Under the pieces are notes generated by a model. The model was not told where the DNA came from and ran no database searches. It saw only the letters and a program-made list of their open reading frames with translations. Below, in pieces: positions 49,556 to 61,096 of a stretch of DNA of 64,000 nucleotides (positions are counted from its first letter, which is position 1; the number at the start of each line of letters is the position of its first letter). The stretch covers positions 1,317-65,316 of the forward strand of contig JAKBBK010000010.1 of assembly GCA_021808525.1 (NCBI GenBank), given 5' to 3'. A program made the translations under genes and the position numbers. The DNA comes from Pseudomonadota bacterium (GTDB lineage Bacteria; Pseudomonadota; Gammaproteobacteria; Burkholderiales; Burkholderiaceae_C).

Positions 49556-50098
49556 CTACTTCTTGGGAGTCGCCTGGAAGGCGCCCATCATCTGCTTGGC
49601 CTGCTCCTGCATCTGCTCCTGCATCTGCACGTACAGCTTCTTGCTCTGTTCCAGGTAGTTGCCCATCATGCCCTGCAGCATCGGGGCCTGGCCGCTGAGA
49701 AACTGCGACCACATTTCCGGACTGAAACTGCCGCTGTCGTACAGGCCGCGGGACTGCTCGGCGAGCTTGCCCTGGATGTCGATGAAGGCCTGCACGGTCT
49801 TTTCCAGGTACGAGCCCATCATGCCCTGCATCGCGTGCCCGTAGAAACGGATCAGCTGCTCCAGCATCGCCGTGCTGAGCATCGGCACGCCGCCGGCTTC
49901 CTCCTCCAGGATGATCTGCAGCAGGATGCTGCGCGTCAGGTCGGCGCCGGTCTTCGCGTCCTGCACGACGAAATGCTGCGCTTCCATCACCAGGGTCTTG
50001 ACGTCGGCCAGCGTGATGTAGGCGCTGGTCTCGGTGTCGTACAGGCGGCGATTCGGGTACTTCTTGATGACGCGAACGGCGGTTTCGGACTGGGACAT
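49556..50098 (-). CDS. phaR: PHA synthesis repressor
   Basis: [37 protein letters not shown]. Confidence 0.96.
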   Translation of the reverse strand: MSQSETAVRVIKKYPNRRLYDTETSAYITLADVKTLVMEAQHFVVQDAKTGADLTRSILLQIILEEEAGGVPMLSTAMLEQLIRFYGHAMQGMMGSYLEKTVQAFIDIQGKLAEQSRGLYDSGSFSPEMWSQFLSGQAPMLQGMMGNYLEQSKKLYVQMQEQMQEQAKQMMGAFQATPKK

Positions 50099-50222
50099 GG
50101 ATGGCCTGGCGCAAGGTTCGGGCCGAAGGCCCGCTGATCGATTGAACCACAAAAGCCGCGCAGGACGTACCCGGAATCGTCCCCGGATGCGTCCTGGCCT
50201 GGCGGCCCCGAACAAAGCGCGA

Positions 50223-50963
50223 TCAGCTCATGTGCAGGCCGCCGTTGATCGACAGTTCCGCCCCGGTGGTGAAGGCGCCGTCCTCGCTGGCCAGCCAGGT
50301 CACCAGCGAGGCGACCTCCTCGGGACGCCCGAGGCGCTTGACCGGGATGGACGAGACGATCTTGTCCATCACGTCCTGACGGATCGCCTTGACCATGTCG
50401 GTCATGATGTAGCCGGGGGCGACCGTGTTCACGGTCACGCCCTTGGAGGCCACTTCCTGCGCCAGGGCCATGGTGAAACCGTGCATGCCGGCCTTGGCCG
50501 CCGAGTAGTTGGTCTGGCCGAACTGGCCCTTCTCGCCGTTGACCGAGGAGATGTTGATGATGCGGCCCCAACCCCGGTCCACCATGCCGTCGATCACCTG
50601 CTTGGTGACGTTGAACATCGAGTACAGGTTGGTCTTGATGACGCGGTCCCAGTCCTCGTAGCCCATCTTGCGGAACACGGCGTCGCGCGTGATGCCGGCA
50701 TTGTTGACCAGGATGTCCACGCGCCCATGCTCGGCGAACACCTGCTGGAAGGCCGAGCAGGTCGACTCCCAGTCGGCCACGTTGCCCTCCGAGGCGTACA
50801 CGTCGAAGCCCTGCGCGCGCATGTCGCGCAGCCAGCCGTCCTTGCGCGGGGAATTGGGCCCGCAACCGGCGATGACCTTGTGGCCGGCCTCGCACAGCCT
50901 GCGGCAGATCACGGTGCCGATGCCGCCCATGCCCCCGGTGACGTATGCAATCTTCTTGTCCAT
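50223..50963 (-). CDS. phaB: Acetoacetyl-CoA reductase
   Basis: VTGGMGGIG, NNAGITRD, NYSAAK (YxxxK), NGGLHM. Confidence 0.96.
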   Translation of the reverse strand: MDKKIAYVTGGMGGIGTVICRRLCEAGHKVIAGCGPNSPRKDGWLRDMRAQGFDVYASEGNVADWESTCSAFQQVFAEHGRVDILVNNAGITRDAVFRKMGYEDWDRVIKTNLYSMFNVTKQVIDGMVDRGWGRIINISSVNGEKGQFGQTNYSAAKAGMHGFTMALAQEVASKGVTVNTVAPGYIMTDMVKAIRQDVMDKIVSSIPVKRLGRPEEVASLVTWLASEDGAFTTGAELSINGGLHMS

Positions 50964-51030
50964 GTGCTTTGCTCCAAGCGTTAGCGATTCGTGGCCCTTG
51001 CGACGGGCGGATCGGGTGACGACGTCGTGT

Positions 51031-52212
51031 TCAGCGCTCGACGGCGAGCGCGACCCCCATGCCACCGCCGATGCACAGCGAGGCCAGGCCCTTGCGGGCA
51101 TCGCGCTTTTGCATCTCGTGCAGCAGCGTGACCAGGATGCGGCAGCCGCTGGCGCCGATGGGGTGGCCGATGGCGATGGCGCCTCCGTTGACGTTGACCT
51201 TCGAGGTATCCCAGCCCATCTGCTGGTTCACCGCCAGCGCCTGCGCGGCGAAGGCCTCGTTGATTTCCATCAGGTCCAGGTCCTGCGGCTTCCAGCCCGC
51301 GCGCGACAGGCAGCGCGTGGATGCCGGCACCGGGCCCATGCCCATGTAGGCCGGGTCCAGCCCCGCATTCGAGTAGGCGCGGATGCTGGCCAGCGGTCGC
51401 AGACCCAGCGCGGCCGCGCGGCTGGCACGCATGACCACCACGGCGGCGGCCCCGTCGTTCAGGCCGGAGGCGTTGCCCGCGGTGACGCTGCCGGTCTTGT
51501 CGAAGGCCGGGCGCAGCCCCGCCAGGGCCTCGGCGGTGACCCCGGCGCGCACGAACTCGTCGGTGGCGAAGGCCACCGGGTCGCCCTTGCGCTGGGGCAG
51601 CATGACCGGCACGATCTCGTCGGCGAAACGCCCCGACTTCTGCGCCGCCTCCGCCTTGTTCTGGCTGGCTGCCGCGAAGGCGTCCTGCATCTCGCGGGTG
51701 ATGCCGTGCTTTTTCGCCACGTTCTCGGCGGTGGTACCCATGTGGTAATGGTTGAAGGCGTCCCACAGCCCGTCGTGCACCATGGTGTCGACCAGGTTCC
51801 AGTTGCCCATGCGCATGCCGTCGCGCGAGCCGGGCAGCACATGCGGGGCCGCGCTCATGTTTTCCTGGCCGCCGGCCACGACGATCTCGGCGTCCCCGTC
51901 GCGCACCGCCTGCGCGGCCAGCATCACCGCCTTCAGGCCCGAGCCGCAGACCTTGTTGATGGTCATGGCCGGCACGGTGTCCGGCAGGCCGCCCTTGATC
52001 GAAGCCTGTCGCGCCGGGTTCTGGCCGCAACCGGCCTGCAGCACCTGACCCAGGATCACCTCAGAAACCGCGCCCGGCTCGATGCCGGCGCGCGCCACGG
52101 CCTCGCGCACCACCAGCGCGCCCAGTTCCGCCGCGGGAATCTTCGCCAGCGAACCGCCGAACTTGCCGACGCCGGTCCGAACGGCGGAAACGATCACGAT
52201 GTCTTCGCTCAT
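51031..52212 (-). CDS. phaA: Acetyl-CoA acetyltransferase (beta-ketothiolase)
   Basis: [31 protein letters not shown]. Confidence 0.96.
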   Translation of the reverse strand: MSEDIVIVSAVRTGVGKFGGSLAKIPAAELGALVVREAVARAGIEPGAVSEVILGQVLQAGCGQNPARQASIKGGLPDTVPAMTINKVCGSGLKAVMLAAQAVRDGDAEIVVAGGQENMSAAPHVLPGSRDGMRMGNWNLVDTMVHDGLWDAFNHYHMGTTAENVAKKHGITREMQDAFAAASQNKAEAAQKSGRFADEIVPVMLPQRKGDPVAFATDEFVRAGVTAEALAGLRPAFDKTGSVTAGNASGLNDGAAAVVVMRASRAAALGLRPLASIRAYSNAGLDPAYMGMGPVPASTRCLSRAGWKPQDLDLMEINEAFAAQALAVNQQMGWDTSKVNVNGGAIAIGHPIGASGCRILVTLLHEMQKRDARKGLASLCIGGGMGVALAVER

Positions 52213-52274
52213 TGCCTCATGCCTCAGGAAGGATAGGAAATCTCGGATGTACCCAGGATCGCGCTTGCGCGAAC

Positions 52275-54044
52275 TCAGGCGCGGACCCGAACATAGCGCC
52301 CCGGCGCGGCCTCGATCTTGACGTGGCCCCCGCCTCCATACGCGCGCGGCGCCTCGCGCAGGGGGCCGGCCTGCTCGGCCAGCCACGCGGCCCAGTCGGG
52401 CCACCAGCTTCCCCCGCGTTCCTCGGCGCGCTGCAGCCAGGCCTGCGGATCGGCCGGCAAGGCCTGCGCCTTGCGCGCGCCCTTGGGCGCGGGCGGCAGC
52501 CAGTGGCTGCGCTTGCCCCCCGCGGGAGGATTGATGACCCCGGCGATGTGGCCCGAGGCTCCCAGCACGAAACGCGTGGGCCCGCCCAGGCGCCGGGCCG
52601 AGGCGTAGGCGGTGCTCCACGGCACGATGTGATCCTCGCGGGATGCGTACACGTAGGCCGGCAGGTCGATGCGCCCCAGGTCCACCGGGGTGCCGCACAC
52701 GCGCAGGGCATCGGCCTCGGGCAGCTTGTTCTCCAGGTAGGTGTTGCGCAGGTACCAGGCGAGGAAGGGGCCCGGCAGGTTGGTGCTGTCGGCGTTCCAG
52801 TACAGCAGGTCGAAGGGTGGTGGCGTCTCCCCCTTCAGGTAGTTGCCCACCACGTAGTTCCAGGTGAGGTCGTTGGGACGCAGGCTGGAGAAGGCGGCCG
52901 CCAGCTCGGCCCCGGCGAGCAGCCCGCCGTGCCCGATGGTGGCCTCGCGCATGGCCACCTGGGCCTCGTCGACGAACACATCGAGCACGCCGGTGTCGGA
53001 GAAATCCAGCAGCGTGGTCAGGAAGGTGGCACTGTGCACCGGGCGCTGCCCTCGCCGCGCCAGCACCGCCAGCGCCGTGCCCAGCAGGGTGCCGCCGATG
53101 CAGAAGCCCAGCGCGTTGATGCCCCCGTCGACCGGCCGCGGCGCCGCCGCCCGCTTGCGCGCGCCCGCGGCGGGCGCCTCAGCGGCCGCGGCGGCGATCT
53201 CCCCGGTCACGCGCAGGGCCTCGAGCACGCCATGCTCGATGTAGTCGTCCCAGGTCCACTGCGCGCAGTCGGCGTCGGGATTGCGCCAGGACATGAGCAA
53301 CACCCTGTGACCCTGCTGCAGCGCGAAACGCACCAGGGAGTTGCTGGGCTGCAGATCGAGGATGTAGTACTTGTTGATGCAGGGCGGCACGATGAGCAGC
53401 GGGCGCTCATGCACCTGGCTTTTCAGCGGCCGGTAGTCGATGAGCTGGAACCAGGGGTTCTCGAACACCACCGCGCCCTCGGTGGTGGCCACGTTGCGCC
53501 CGATCTCGAACTGGCTTTCGTCGGTCTGGGTCAGCTTGCCCCGAAGCAGGTCGCCCAGCAGGTTGTCCATGCCGCGACGCAGGCTCTCGCCGCCGCTGTG
53601 CAGGGCCGTGGCCATCGCGTCGGGGTTGAGCGCCCAGATGTTGCTGGGGGCGGCGGCGTCCACCCATTGCTGGACCGCGAAACGGATGCGTTGCTGGGTC
53701 TTGGGGTCCGCCTGCACCGCGTCGGCCAGTTCGAGCAGGGCTCGCGCATTGAGCAGATACAGGGCCGCGGTGTAGGCGGAAAAGCGATTGCTGCGCCAGG
53801 CCTCGGCGGCGAAGCGGCGGTCCCGCACCGCGGGAGCCTGGGCGCTGGCGTCGAGCAGGCCGACCCACAGCTCGGCGTATTCCTTGCCGAAGCGGGCCTG
53901 GATGTCGGCCACGCGAGCCGGATCCAGCCGGAAAAGGGGGGCCCCGGCGGCCCGCAGACTGCTGGCGAAGGCCTGGTGCAGGCCGTCGGCGAAGGCCTCG
54001 GTGGCCTGTGGCTGGTCAACGAGGCGTGTGGGATCGGGGGCCAT
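52275..54044 (-). CDS. phaC: Class I poly(3-hydroxyalkanoate) synthase
   Basis: [12 protein letters not shown], lipase box [25 protein letters not shown]. Confidence 0.96.
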   Translation of the reverse strand: MAPDPTRLVDQPQATEAFADGLHQAFASSLRAAGAPLFRLDPARVADIQARFGKEYAELWVGLLDASAQAPAVRDRRFAAEAWRSNRFSAYTAALYLLNARALLELADAVQADPKTQQRIRFAVQQWVDAAAPSNIWALNPDAMATALHSGGESLRRGMDNLLGDLLRGKLTQTDESQFEIGRNVATTEGAVVFENPWFQLIDYRPLKSQVHERPLLIVPPCINKYYILDLQPSNSLVRFALQQGHRVLLMSWRNPDADCAQWTWDDYIEHGVLEALRVTGEIAAAAAEAPAAGARKRAAAPRPVDGGINALGFCIGGTLLGTALAVLARRGQRPVHSATFLTTLLDFSDTGVLDVFVDEAQVAMREATIGHGGLLAGAELAAAFSSLRPNDLTWNYVVGNYLKGETPPPFDLLYWNADSTNLPGPFLAWYLRNTYLENKLPEADALRVCGTPVDLGRIDLPAYVYASREDHIVPWSTAYASARRLGGPTRFVLGASGHIAGVINPPAGGKRSHWLPPAPKGARKAQALPADPQAWLQRAEERGGSWWPDWAAWLAEQAGPLREAPRAYGGGGHVKIEAAPGRYVRVRA

Positions 54045-54250
54045 GGAAGGACTCGTCAGCAGCGGCCCCGGCGCTTGCGGGTCCTGGGACCCTTGGCCCG
54101 TGCGCCGGCGAGCCGAATGGAGGATTCGTGAAGGAGGAAACGTCGTGGAACCAGTGATTTTTATTGCTTTGCAGTCCCATGGGGCCGAATGCGGATCGGC
54201 CGATCGAGGATTGCGGCCCGTGAATCGCTCGAAGGAACGTCTTGCGGACC

Positions 54251-54279
54251 ATTCTTGACCAAAGGCTTCGTGGTGTCAA
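54251..54279 (-). promoter_or_regulatory. sigma70 promoter for phaCABR
   Basis: Minus strand TTGACA (54279-74) - 17 nt - AAGAAT (54256-51), ~205 nt upstream of phaC. Confidence 0.65.
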
Positions 54280-54337
54280 CGCGACGGGAATTCACGCAAT
54301 CCTGCCCTCGTGGGCGCATCGCCGCGCCCGGAACGAT

Positions 54338-55134
54338 TCATACCAGCCACACCAGGCCGGCCTGCCTGCCGGTGATACGGTCCCGCCGGAAACTGTAATA
54401 GAGCGAGGGCTCGGAGACCGTGCAAATCCCTCCACCAAAAATGGACGTCGGCTCCAGGCCCGCCTCCAGCAGGCGCATGCGCGCGAGCGTGAACAGGTCG
54501 GCCATCCACTTGTCCGGCCTGGCGCCGGGCACGAAAGCCCCAAGGGCCGCGTCGGAATGCGCGCCGAAGGCCTCGCGCACTTCCGCTCCGACCTCGAAGT
54601 GCGCGGGACCAATGGCCGGCCCCAGCCAGGCCTGCAACTGCGCGCGGTCGCAGCGGCAACGCTCGGCCAGCGCGGCCGCGCTGCGCTCGAGCACTCCGGC
54701 GCACAGGCCGCGCCAGCCGGCATGGGCCGCAGCGACGCCCAGGCCGTCGGGAGCGGCCAGCAGCACCGGCAGGCAGTCGGCCACCAGCACGCTGGCGGCC
54801 CTGCCCGGCCGCGTGACCAGCGAAGCGTCCGCGCGGGCGCACCCGGCCGGCGTTCCACCCGCGGCGTCGAGATCGACCAGGTCGCAGCCGTGCACCTGTT
54901 CCAGCCAGACCGGTCGCGCGGCACCCAGCATGGCGGCCAGGGCTTCGCGGTTCGCGGCCACGGCCCGCGGGTCGTCGCCGACATGCGCGCCCAGGTTCAT
55001 GCCGCCGCCGCCACCGCCATCACCGCCGGCATAGGCGCCGTCGCTGCACCCTCCCCGACGCCCCGTGAACAAGCCGCGCACCCGCGGGTTGCCCGGCCAT
55101 GCGGTCTCGATCCAGCCCGGCGGCCAGCGCGGAT

Positions 55135-55138
<4 letters not shown>
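54338..55138 (-). CDS. pgeF: YfiH/PgeF family purine nucleoside phosphorylase (peptidoglycan editing factor)
   Basis: NLGAHVGDD, WLEQVHG, ADCLPVL, HAGWRGL, CTVSE, SFRRDRITGRQA; GTG start overlapping the rluD stop. Confidence 0.93.
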
Positions 55139-56238
<1,100 letters not shown>

Positions 56239-56352
56239 CGCGCCAGCATAGTGCAGCCACCGGGCCCGACCGCGTGTCCGAGCCCCAGGCCCCGCCCCGG
56301 CCGGGGGGCTTCCTATAATGCCGACCCTGGCGCCACTCCATCGAACCCCGCC

Positions 56353-57183
56353 GTGAACCGTATCTCTTTCTTGTCCGGCGCGAGCTGCTCGCGCTGGCTG
56401 CTGCGCCTGCTGCTCGCCTCCAGCGTGCTGGCCCTGGGCGCCTGCGCGTCCACGGGCGATACCGACATCACCGCGAGCTGGTCCGCGGCCAAGCTGTATC
56501 GCGAGGCCAGCGACGAAATGGCCAACGGCGCCTACGACACGGCGACCAAGTACTTCGAGAAGCTCGAATCGCGCTATCCCTACGGCGTGCTGGCGCAACA
56601 GGCGCTGATGGAAGTGGCCTACGGCTACTACAAGCAGGGCGAGCGCGCGCAGGCGGTGGCCGCCTGCGACCGCTTCCTGAAGATCTACCCCAACAACCCC
56701 TATGTGGACTATGTGCTCTACCTGAAGGGGCTGAGCAATTTCTACGCGAACCAGACGATCTTCACGCAACTGGCCGACCAGGCTGCCTACGAGCGCGACC
56801 AGCGCGGCGCGAAGGAATCCTACGAGGCCTTCCGCGAGCTGGTCACGCGCTTCCCCGACAGCAAGTACAGCAACGATGCGCGCGAGCGCATGCGCTATAT
56901 CGTCAACTCGCTGGGCCAGTACGACGCCCACGTGGCGCTGTTCTACTTCAACCGCGGCGCCTACGTCGCCGCGGCCGACCGTGCGCAGAACACCTTGCGC
57001 GAGTACCCCGACACCCCGGCCACCCAGCTGGCGCTGGGCGTGCTGATGAACAGCTACGACCGCCTGGGCCTGACCCAGCTTCGCGACGATACGCAGCGCG
57101 TGCTGCGCCTGAACTACCCGAACAGCCCCTACCTCAGCGGGCCTCTGCCGACCAGCCATCCCTCGTGGTGGCGCCTGTGGTGA
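56353..57183 (+). CDS. bamD: Outer membrane assembly lipoprotein BamD
   Basis: Lipobox LGAC, LESRYPYG, YVLYLKG, ELVTRFPDSKY, RGAYVAA; TATAAT at 56314-56319. Confidence 0.94.
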   Translation: MNRISFLSGASCSRWLLRLLLASSVLALGACASTGDTDITASWSAAKLYREASDEMANGAYDTATKYFEKLESRYPYGVLAQQALMEVAYGYYKQGERAQAVAACDRFLKIYPNNPYVDYVLYLKGLSNFYANQTIFTQLADQAAYERDQRGAKESYEAFRELVTRFPDSKYSNDARERMRYIVNSLGQYDAHVALFYFNRGAYVAAADRAQNTLREYPDTPATQLALGVLMNSYDRLGLTQLRDDTQRVLRLNYPNSPYLSGPLPTSHPSWWRLW

Positions 57184-57199
57184 GGCAGGTGCCGGGGAA

Positions 57200-59395
57200 T
57201 CACTGATCCGGCATCGGTTCCGGCATCGCTTCCGACAGCGGGTCGGACACAGGGCCCGAGCGCGCGCGCGAGCGCAGGAACTCCTCGGCCTGCTCCACCG
57301 TCTCGACACGCCTGAACGCAGGCAGGGAGCCCAGCAGGCGGCGACCCCAGCCGGTGGAGCCCAGGCGCTGGTCGCAGATCGCCAGCACGCCCCAATCCTG
57401 CTCCCCGCGCACCAGGCGCCCGGCGCCCTGCTGCAAGGCCAGCGCAGCCTGCGGCAGCGAGTAGTCCATGAATCCGCTGCGTCCCGCCGCCTCCAGGCGC
57501 GCCAGGCGGGCCGCGACCAGCGGATCGTCGGGCGGCGCGAAGGGCAGCTTGTCGATCACCACCAGCGTGAGCTGCTCGCCGGGAAAATCCACCCCCTCCC
57601 AGAAGCTGTGGCTGCCCACGAGCACGGCGCGCGCATCGGCGGCGAAACGCTGCAGCAGCACGGCCTTGGGCTCGCTGCCCTGCTCCAGCACGGTGCGCCC
57701 GGGCGGCAGCAGCTCGCGCAACCGCGCGGCGATGCGTCCCATGGCCCGCAGGGTCGTGGTGAGCACGAAGCTGCCCCCGGGATTGGCCTCGACCAGGCGC
57801 GCCGCGAGTTCGGCGACCCGGGTCGAATGCTCCGGATCCGCGGGCCGGAAATCCCGCCTGGGCACGAGCATCCGGGTCTGCGCCGCGTAGTCGAAGGGAC
57901 TGGGCACGCGCAGTTCCCGCAGGCGTGGCGCCTGGTCATCCTCGGTGGGCTGCAGGGCCACGCTGCTGTCGCCCAGACCGAGGCGCGCGCGGGCGTAGCG
58001 AAAGCTGCCGTCCAGGGTGAGCGTGGCCGACACCAGCACCCAGGCCTGCGCGCGCTCGGCCAGCAGGGCCGAGAAGGCGGGGCCGATGCCCAGGGGGGTC
58101 GCCAACAGGCGCATGTGGTGGCTGCTCACGTCCAGCCAGCGCACGCTGTCGGCGGCGCCCTGGGCCGCCGGCTCGCCACCCGAGGCGAGCGTGTCGACAC
58201 CCTGCACGGCGTCGTGCGGGCCCAGCTGCCAGGTGGCCAGCAGGCGTTGCTGCTCACGGCAGCGTTCGGCCAGGCGGGTGAATTCGGGCGCGGCCTCCTC
58301 GACATGCACCAGCGCGCCCAGCAGCGCGTCCAGTTGGTCGCGCCAGCCGCGCAGCGCCTCGCCCCAGCCCGCCAAGGCCTGCGCCTGCGCCCAGTCCAGG
58401 CGCGCCGAGCCCGCGCGCAGCTGGGGCAGGCACAGCCGCAGGTCGCGCGCTGCCTTGGTCAGGCCCGCCGCCAGCAAGGGCCAGTCGGCCAGGCCCCGGG
58501 CATGCTGCAGCCCGCAGGCCTGGGCATCGCGTGCGAGTTCCTGCGCCTGCGCGGTGCCCACCGAGCTGCCCAGGAACTGCGCGCCGATGTCGGCGAGCTG
58601 GTGGGCCTCGTCCAGCACGACGGTGGTGGCCGCGGGCAGCAGTTCCGCCACGCCGTCCCCGCGCAGAGCCAGGTCGGCGAAGAACAGGTGGTGATTGACC
58701 ACGACGACGTCGGAGGCCAGGGCCTCGCGACGCGCCTTCATGACGAAACAGGCACGAAAATCGGGACATTCCGATCCCAGGCAGTTGTCGCGCGTGGATG
58801 TGACCAGGGGCAGCACGGCGGAGTTCTCGTCCAGCCCCGCCAGGCCGGACAGGTCGCCGTCGGGCGAGGCGGCGGCGAAGCGCGCCACCTGCCGAAGCTC
58901 CTGCACCGCGCGCCGGCTCTCCAGCAGGCCGTCTTGCTGCGCGCGCTTGAGCCGGTAGTGGCACACATAGTTGGCGCGCCCCTTGAGCACGGTGCTGCGC
59001 ACTTGCAGGCCCAGGGCCTGGCAGGCCAGCGGAAGGTCCTTGCGATACAGCTGGTCCTGCAGCGCGCGTGTCGCGGTGGAGACGATCACACGCTCGCCGT
59101 GCAACAACGCGGGCACCAGATAGGCCAGCGTCTTGCCCGTTCCGGTTCCCGCCTCGGCCAGCAGGATGCCGCGCCGCTCGATGGCCTCGCGCACCGCATC
59201 GGCCAGCGCGCGCTGCCCGGGACGGGCACGCCAGGCCGGCAGGGCGCTGGCCAGCAGGCCCTGCGCCCCCCACAAGGGGTCGTCCTGCGCCTGGGCACCT
59301 GCGGCCGCCGGCTCGGCGTGCCTACAATGCCCCTCATCATGCTCGTGTGGGTTCAAACGGGCGGGTGCGGCTCGCGGGCCGGGCTCGGGAAGCAT
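57200..59395 (-). CDS. yoaA: DinG/YoaA family Fe-S helicase
   Basis: EAGTGTGKT, LKGRANYVC, DNCLGSECP..C, VVNHHL, DEAH, SATL, FWEGVD, QGAGRLVR; start uncertain (59395 or up to 59479). Confidence 0.9.
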   Translation of the reverse strand: MLPEPGPRAAPARLNPHEHDEGHCRHAEPAAAGAQAQDDPLWGAQGLLASALPAWRARPGQRALADAVREAIERRGILLAEAGTGTGKTLAYLVPALLHGERVIVSTATRALQDQLYRKDLPLACQALGLQVRSTVLKGRANYVCHYRLKRAQQDGLLESRRAVQELRQVARFAAASPDGDLSGLAGLDENSAVLPLVTSTRDNCLGSECPDFRACFVMKARREALASDVVVVNHHLFFADLALRGDGVAELLPAATTVVLDEAHQLADIGAQFLGSSVGTAQAQELARDAQACGLQHARGLADWPLLAAGLTKAARDLRLCLPQLRAGSARLDWAQAQALAGWGEALRGWRDQLDALLGALVHVEEAAPEFTRLAERCREQQRLLATWQLGPHDAVQGVDTLASGGEPAAQGAADSVRWLDVSSHHMRLLATPLGIGPAFSALLAERAQAWVLVSATLTLDGSFRYARARLGLGDSSVALQPTEDDQAPRLRELRVPSPFDYAAQTRMLVPRRDFRPADPEHSTRVAELAARLVEANPGGSFVLTTTLRAMGRIAARLRELLPPGRTVLEQGSEPKAVLLQRFAADARAVLVGSHSFWEGVDFPGEQLTLVVIDKLPFAPPDDPLVAARLARLEAAGRSGFMDYSLPQAALALQQGAGRLVRGEQDWGVLAICDQRLGSTGWGRRLLGSLPAFRRVETVEQAEEFLRSRARSGPVSDPLSEAMPEPMPDQ

Positions 59396-59502
59396 CCCGG
59401 CGGTCGCCGCGCGTCGCGGGTGCAACGATGGCCGGGAGCCTGCGTGGGAATGGGAGTCGACGAAGTGCGTGGCGGACATTGTAGGGATCGACGGCCCGCC
59501 CC

Positions 59503-60351
59503 ATGAAAACCGCGCGCACCCGCCTGCAACTGCAGGCCTCCATCGGGACCCATCGCGGAGACCGCGAATACCAGCAGGATCGCGTGGAAGTGCTGGCGCA
59601 TCCGCGCCTGCGCGGCGCGCTGCTGGCGGTGGTCGCCGACGGCATGGGTGGGCGCAGCGGCGGACGCCTGGCCGCCGACCAGGTGATGATCACCGCGACC
59701 CAGTTGTTCGAGCGCTACATTCCCGGCAGCGACGACCCCCAGGAACTGTTGCGAACCATCCTGCAGGAAGCCCACACGATGATCCGGCTCACGGCGATTT
59801 CCGCCGAGCAGGAGCCCCATTCGACCGTGGCCTGCGTGCTGCTGCACCCGGACGGCGCCTGCTGGTGGGCGCATGTCGGTGATTCGCGCATCCACCTGTT
59901 CCGCGAGGGCCGCCTGCAGCGCCGCACCCGCGACCACTCCTATGTGCAGGACCTGGTGGACAGCGGAGAACTGACCGAAGCCATGGCGCGCAACCACCCG
60001 ATGAGCAACGTGCTCACCGCCAGCCTGGGAACCGCGGAGGCTCCTCCCCTGAGCTTCGACGCGCTGCAGTTGCAGGCCGGCGACGCGCTGCTGCTGTGCA
60101 CCGACGGCGTCTGGCATTACTTCGGGGACCACGAGCTGGCCTCGACGGTGGACACGCTGGAGCCGCGCGAGGCCTGCGAGACCTTGATCGGCAAGGCGCG
60201 CCTGCGCGCGGGAGGACGTGGCGACAACCTTTCGCTGGCCGTGATCCGCCTGAGCGCCCGCGCCGTGACGGCACCACCGCCCCCCCGGCCGCCGCGCATC
60301 GAATTCCCGCCCCTGGACGACGGCGCCCCGACCAGGCCGGGCAAGGGCTGA
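59503..60351 (+). CDS. PP2C-family Ser/Thr protein phosphatase
   Basis: REYQQD, VADGMGG, HVGDSR, LCTDGVW, GDNLS. Confidence 0.9.
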   Translation: MKTARTRLQLQASIGTHRGDREYQQDRVEVLAHPRLRGALLAVVADGMGGRSGGRLAADQVMITATQLFERYIPGSDDPQELLRTILQEAHTMIRLTAISAEQEPHSTVACVLLHPDGACWWAHVGDSRIHLFREGRLQRRTRDHSYVQDLVDSGELTEAMARNHPMSNVLTASLGTAEAPPLSFDALQLQAGDALLLCTDGVWHYFGDHELASTVDTLEPREACETLIGKARLRAGGRGDNLSLAVIRLSARAVTAPPPPRPPRIEFPPLDDGAPTRPGKG

Positions 60352-60370
60352 GACGACAGCCCGCCGCAGC

Positions 60371-61096
60371 TCAGCGCGGCAGCTGCAGCGGCCCCGAGGC
60401 CGGCGGAACCGGCAGCGCAGGCGCATGACTGCCCTGCTGGGCCCGAGCACGCTCGCGCAGCCGCTGGTAGGCCCGCTCGCGTTGCAGGCTCTCGCGCCGT
60501 GCCGCCCGCGCCTGCGAGGCACTCTGCAGGGGCTTGCGGGGCGCCGGCGGCGCCCGGCGCACGCTCGGATGGACGGACGGGCGAGGAGCCGCGCCCGTGG
60601 CCGAAGGCGAAGCCGGCTGGGTCGGTGGACGTGCTGCAGGGGCCTGTTCGCGCTGCCGGGCGGCACGGCGAGCCTGCTCCTGCGCGCGCTCGGCCAGACG
60701 GGCGCGCACGCGTTCACGCTCCTGCTCGGCCCGTTGTTCGCGATCCAGCAGGTCCAGCTTGCGCAGGCGCTCGGCCAGCACGCGGTCCAGACGTCGGTGG
60801 CGAGTGGCTGCCTGGTCGAGACAGGCAAAGACCTGGAAGCGCCGCATGCAGCGCGCACGCTCGGCGGCATATTCCTGGCCCAGGATCTCCCGTTGGCGCT
60901 CGAGCCGGAGGCGCTCGGCCTGGCGCGCCTGAAAGCCCGCCTGGACCTGCGAGGCCGACGGCGCCGGCTGCGCCGGAGTCGAGGCAGAACCCGGCGCCAG
61001 GGGCGGCGGACTCGGCTCGGCGGCGCGCGCCGGGCCGGGCAGCAGCAACAGACACGGCAGGCAGGCGCGCGCGGCGACGCGGACAAGTCGATTCAT
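60371..61096 (-). CDS. Hypothetical exported coiled-coil protein
   Basis: Signal peptide (CLPCLLLLPGPARA), paired Cys (ARCMRRFQVFACL), Arg/Glu-rich helices, Pro/Ala linkers; TGATG-coupled to zapE. Confidence 0.65.
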   Translation of the reverse strand: MNRLVRVAARACLPCLLLLPGPARAAEPSPPPLAPGSASTPAQPAPSASQVQAGFQARQAERLRLERQREILGQEYAAERARCMRRFQVFACLDQAATRHRRLDRVLAERLRKLDLLDREQRAEQERERVRARLAERAQEQARRAARQREQAPAARPPTQPASPSATGAAPRPSVHPSVRRAPPAPRKPLQSASQARAARRESLQRERAYQRLRERARAQQGSHAPALPVPPASGPLQLPR

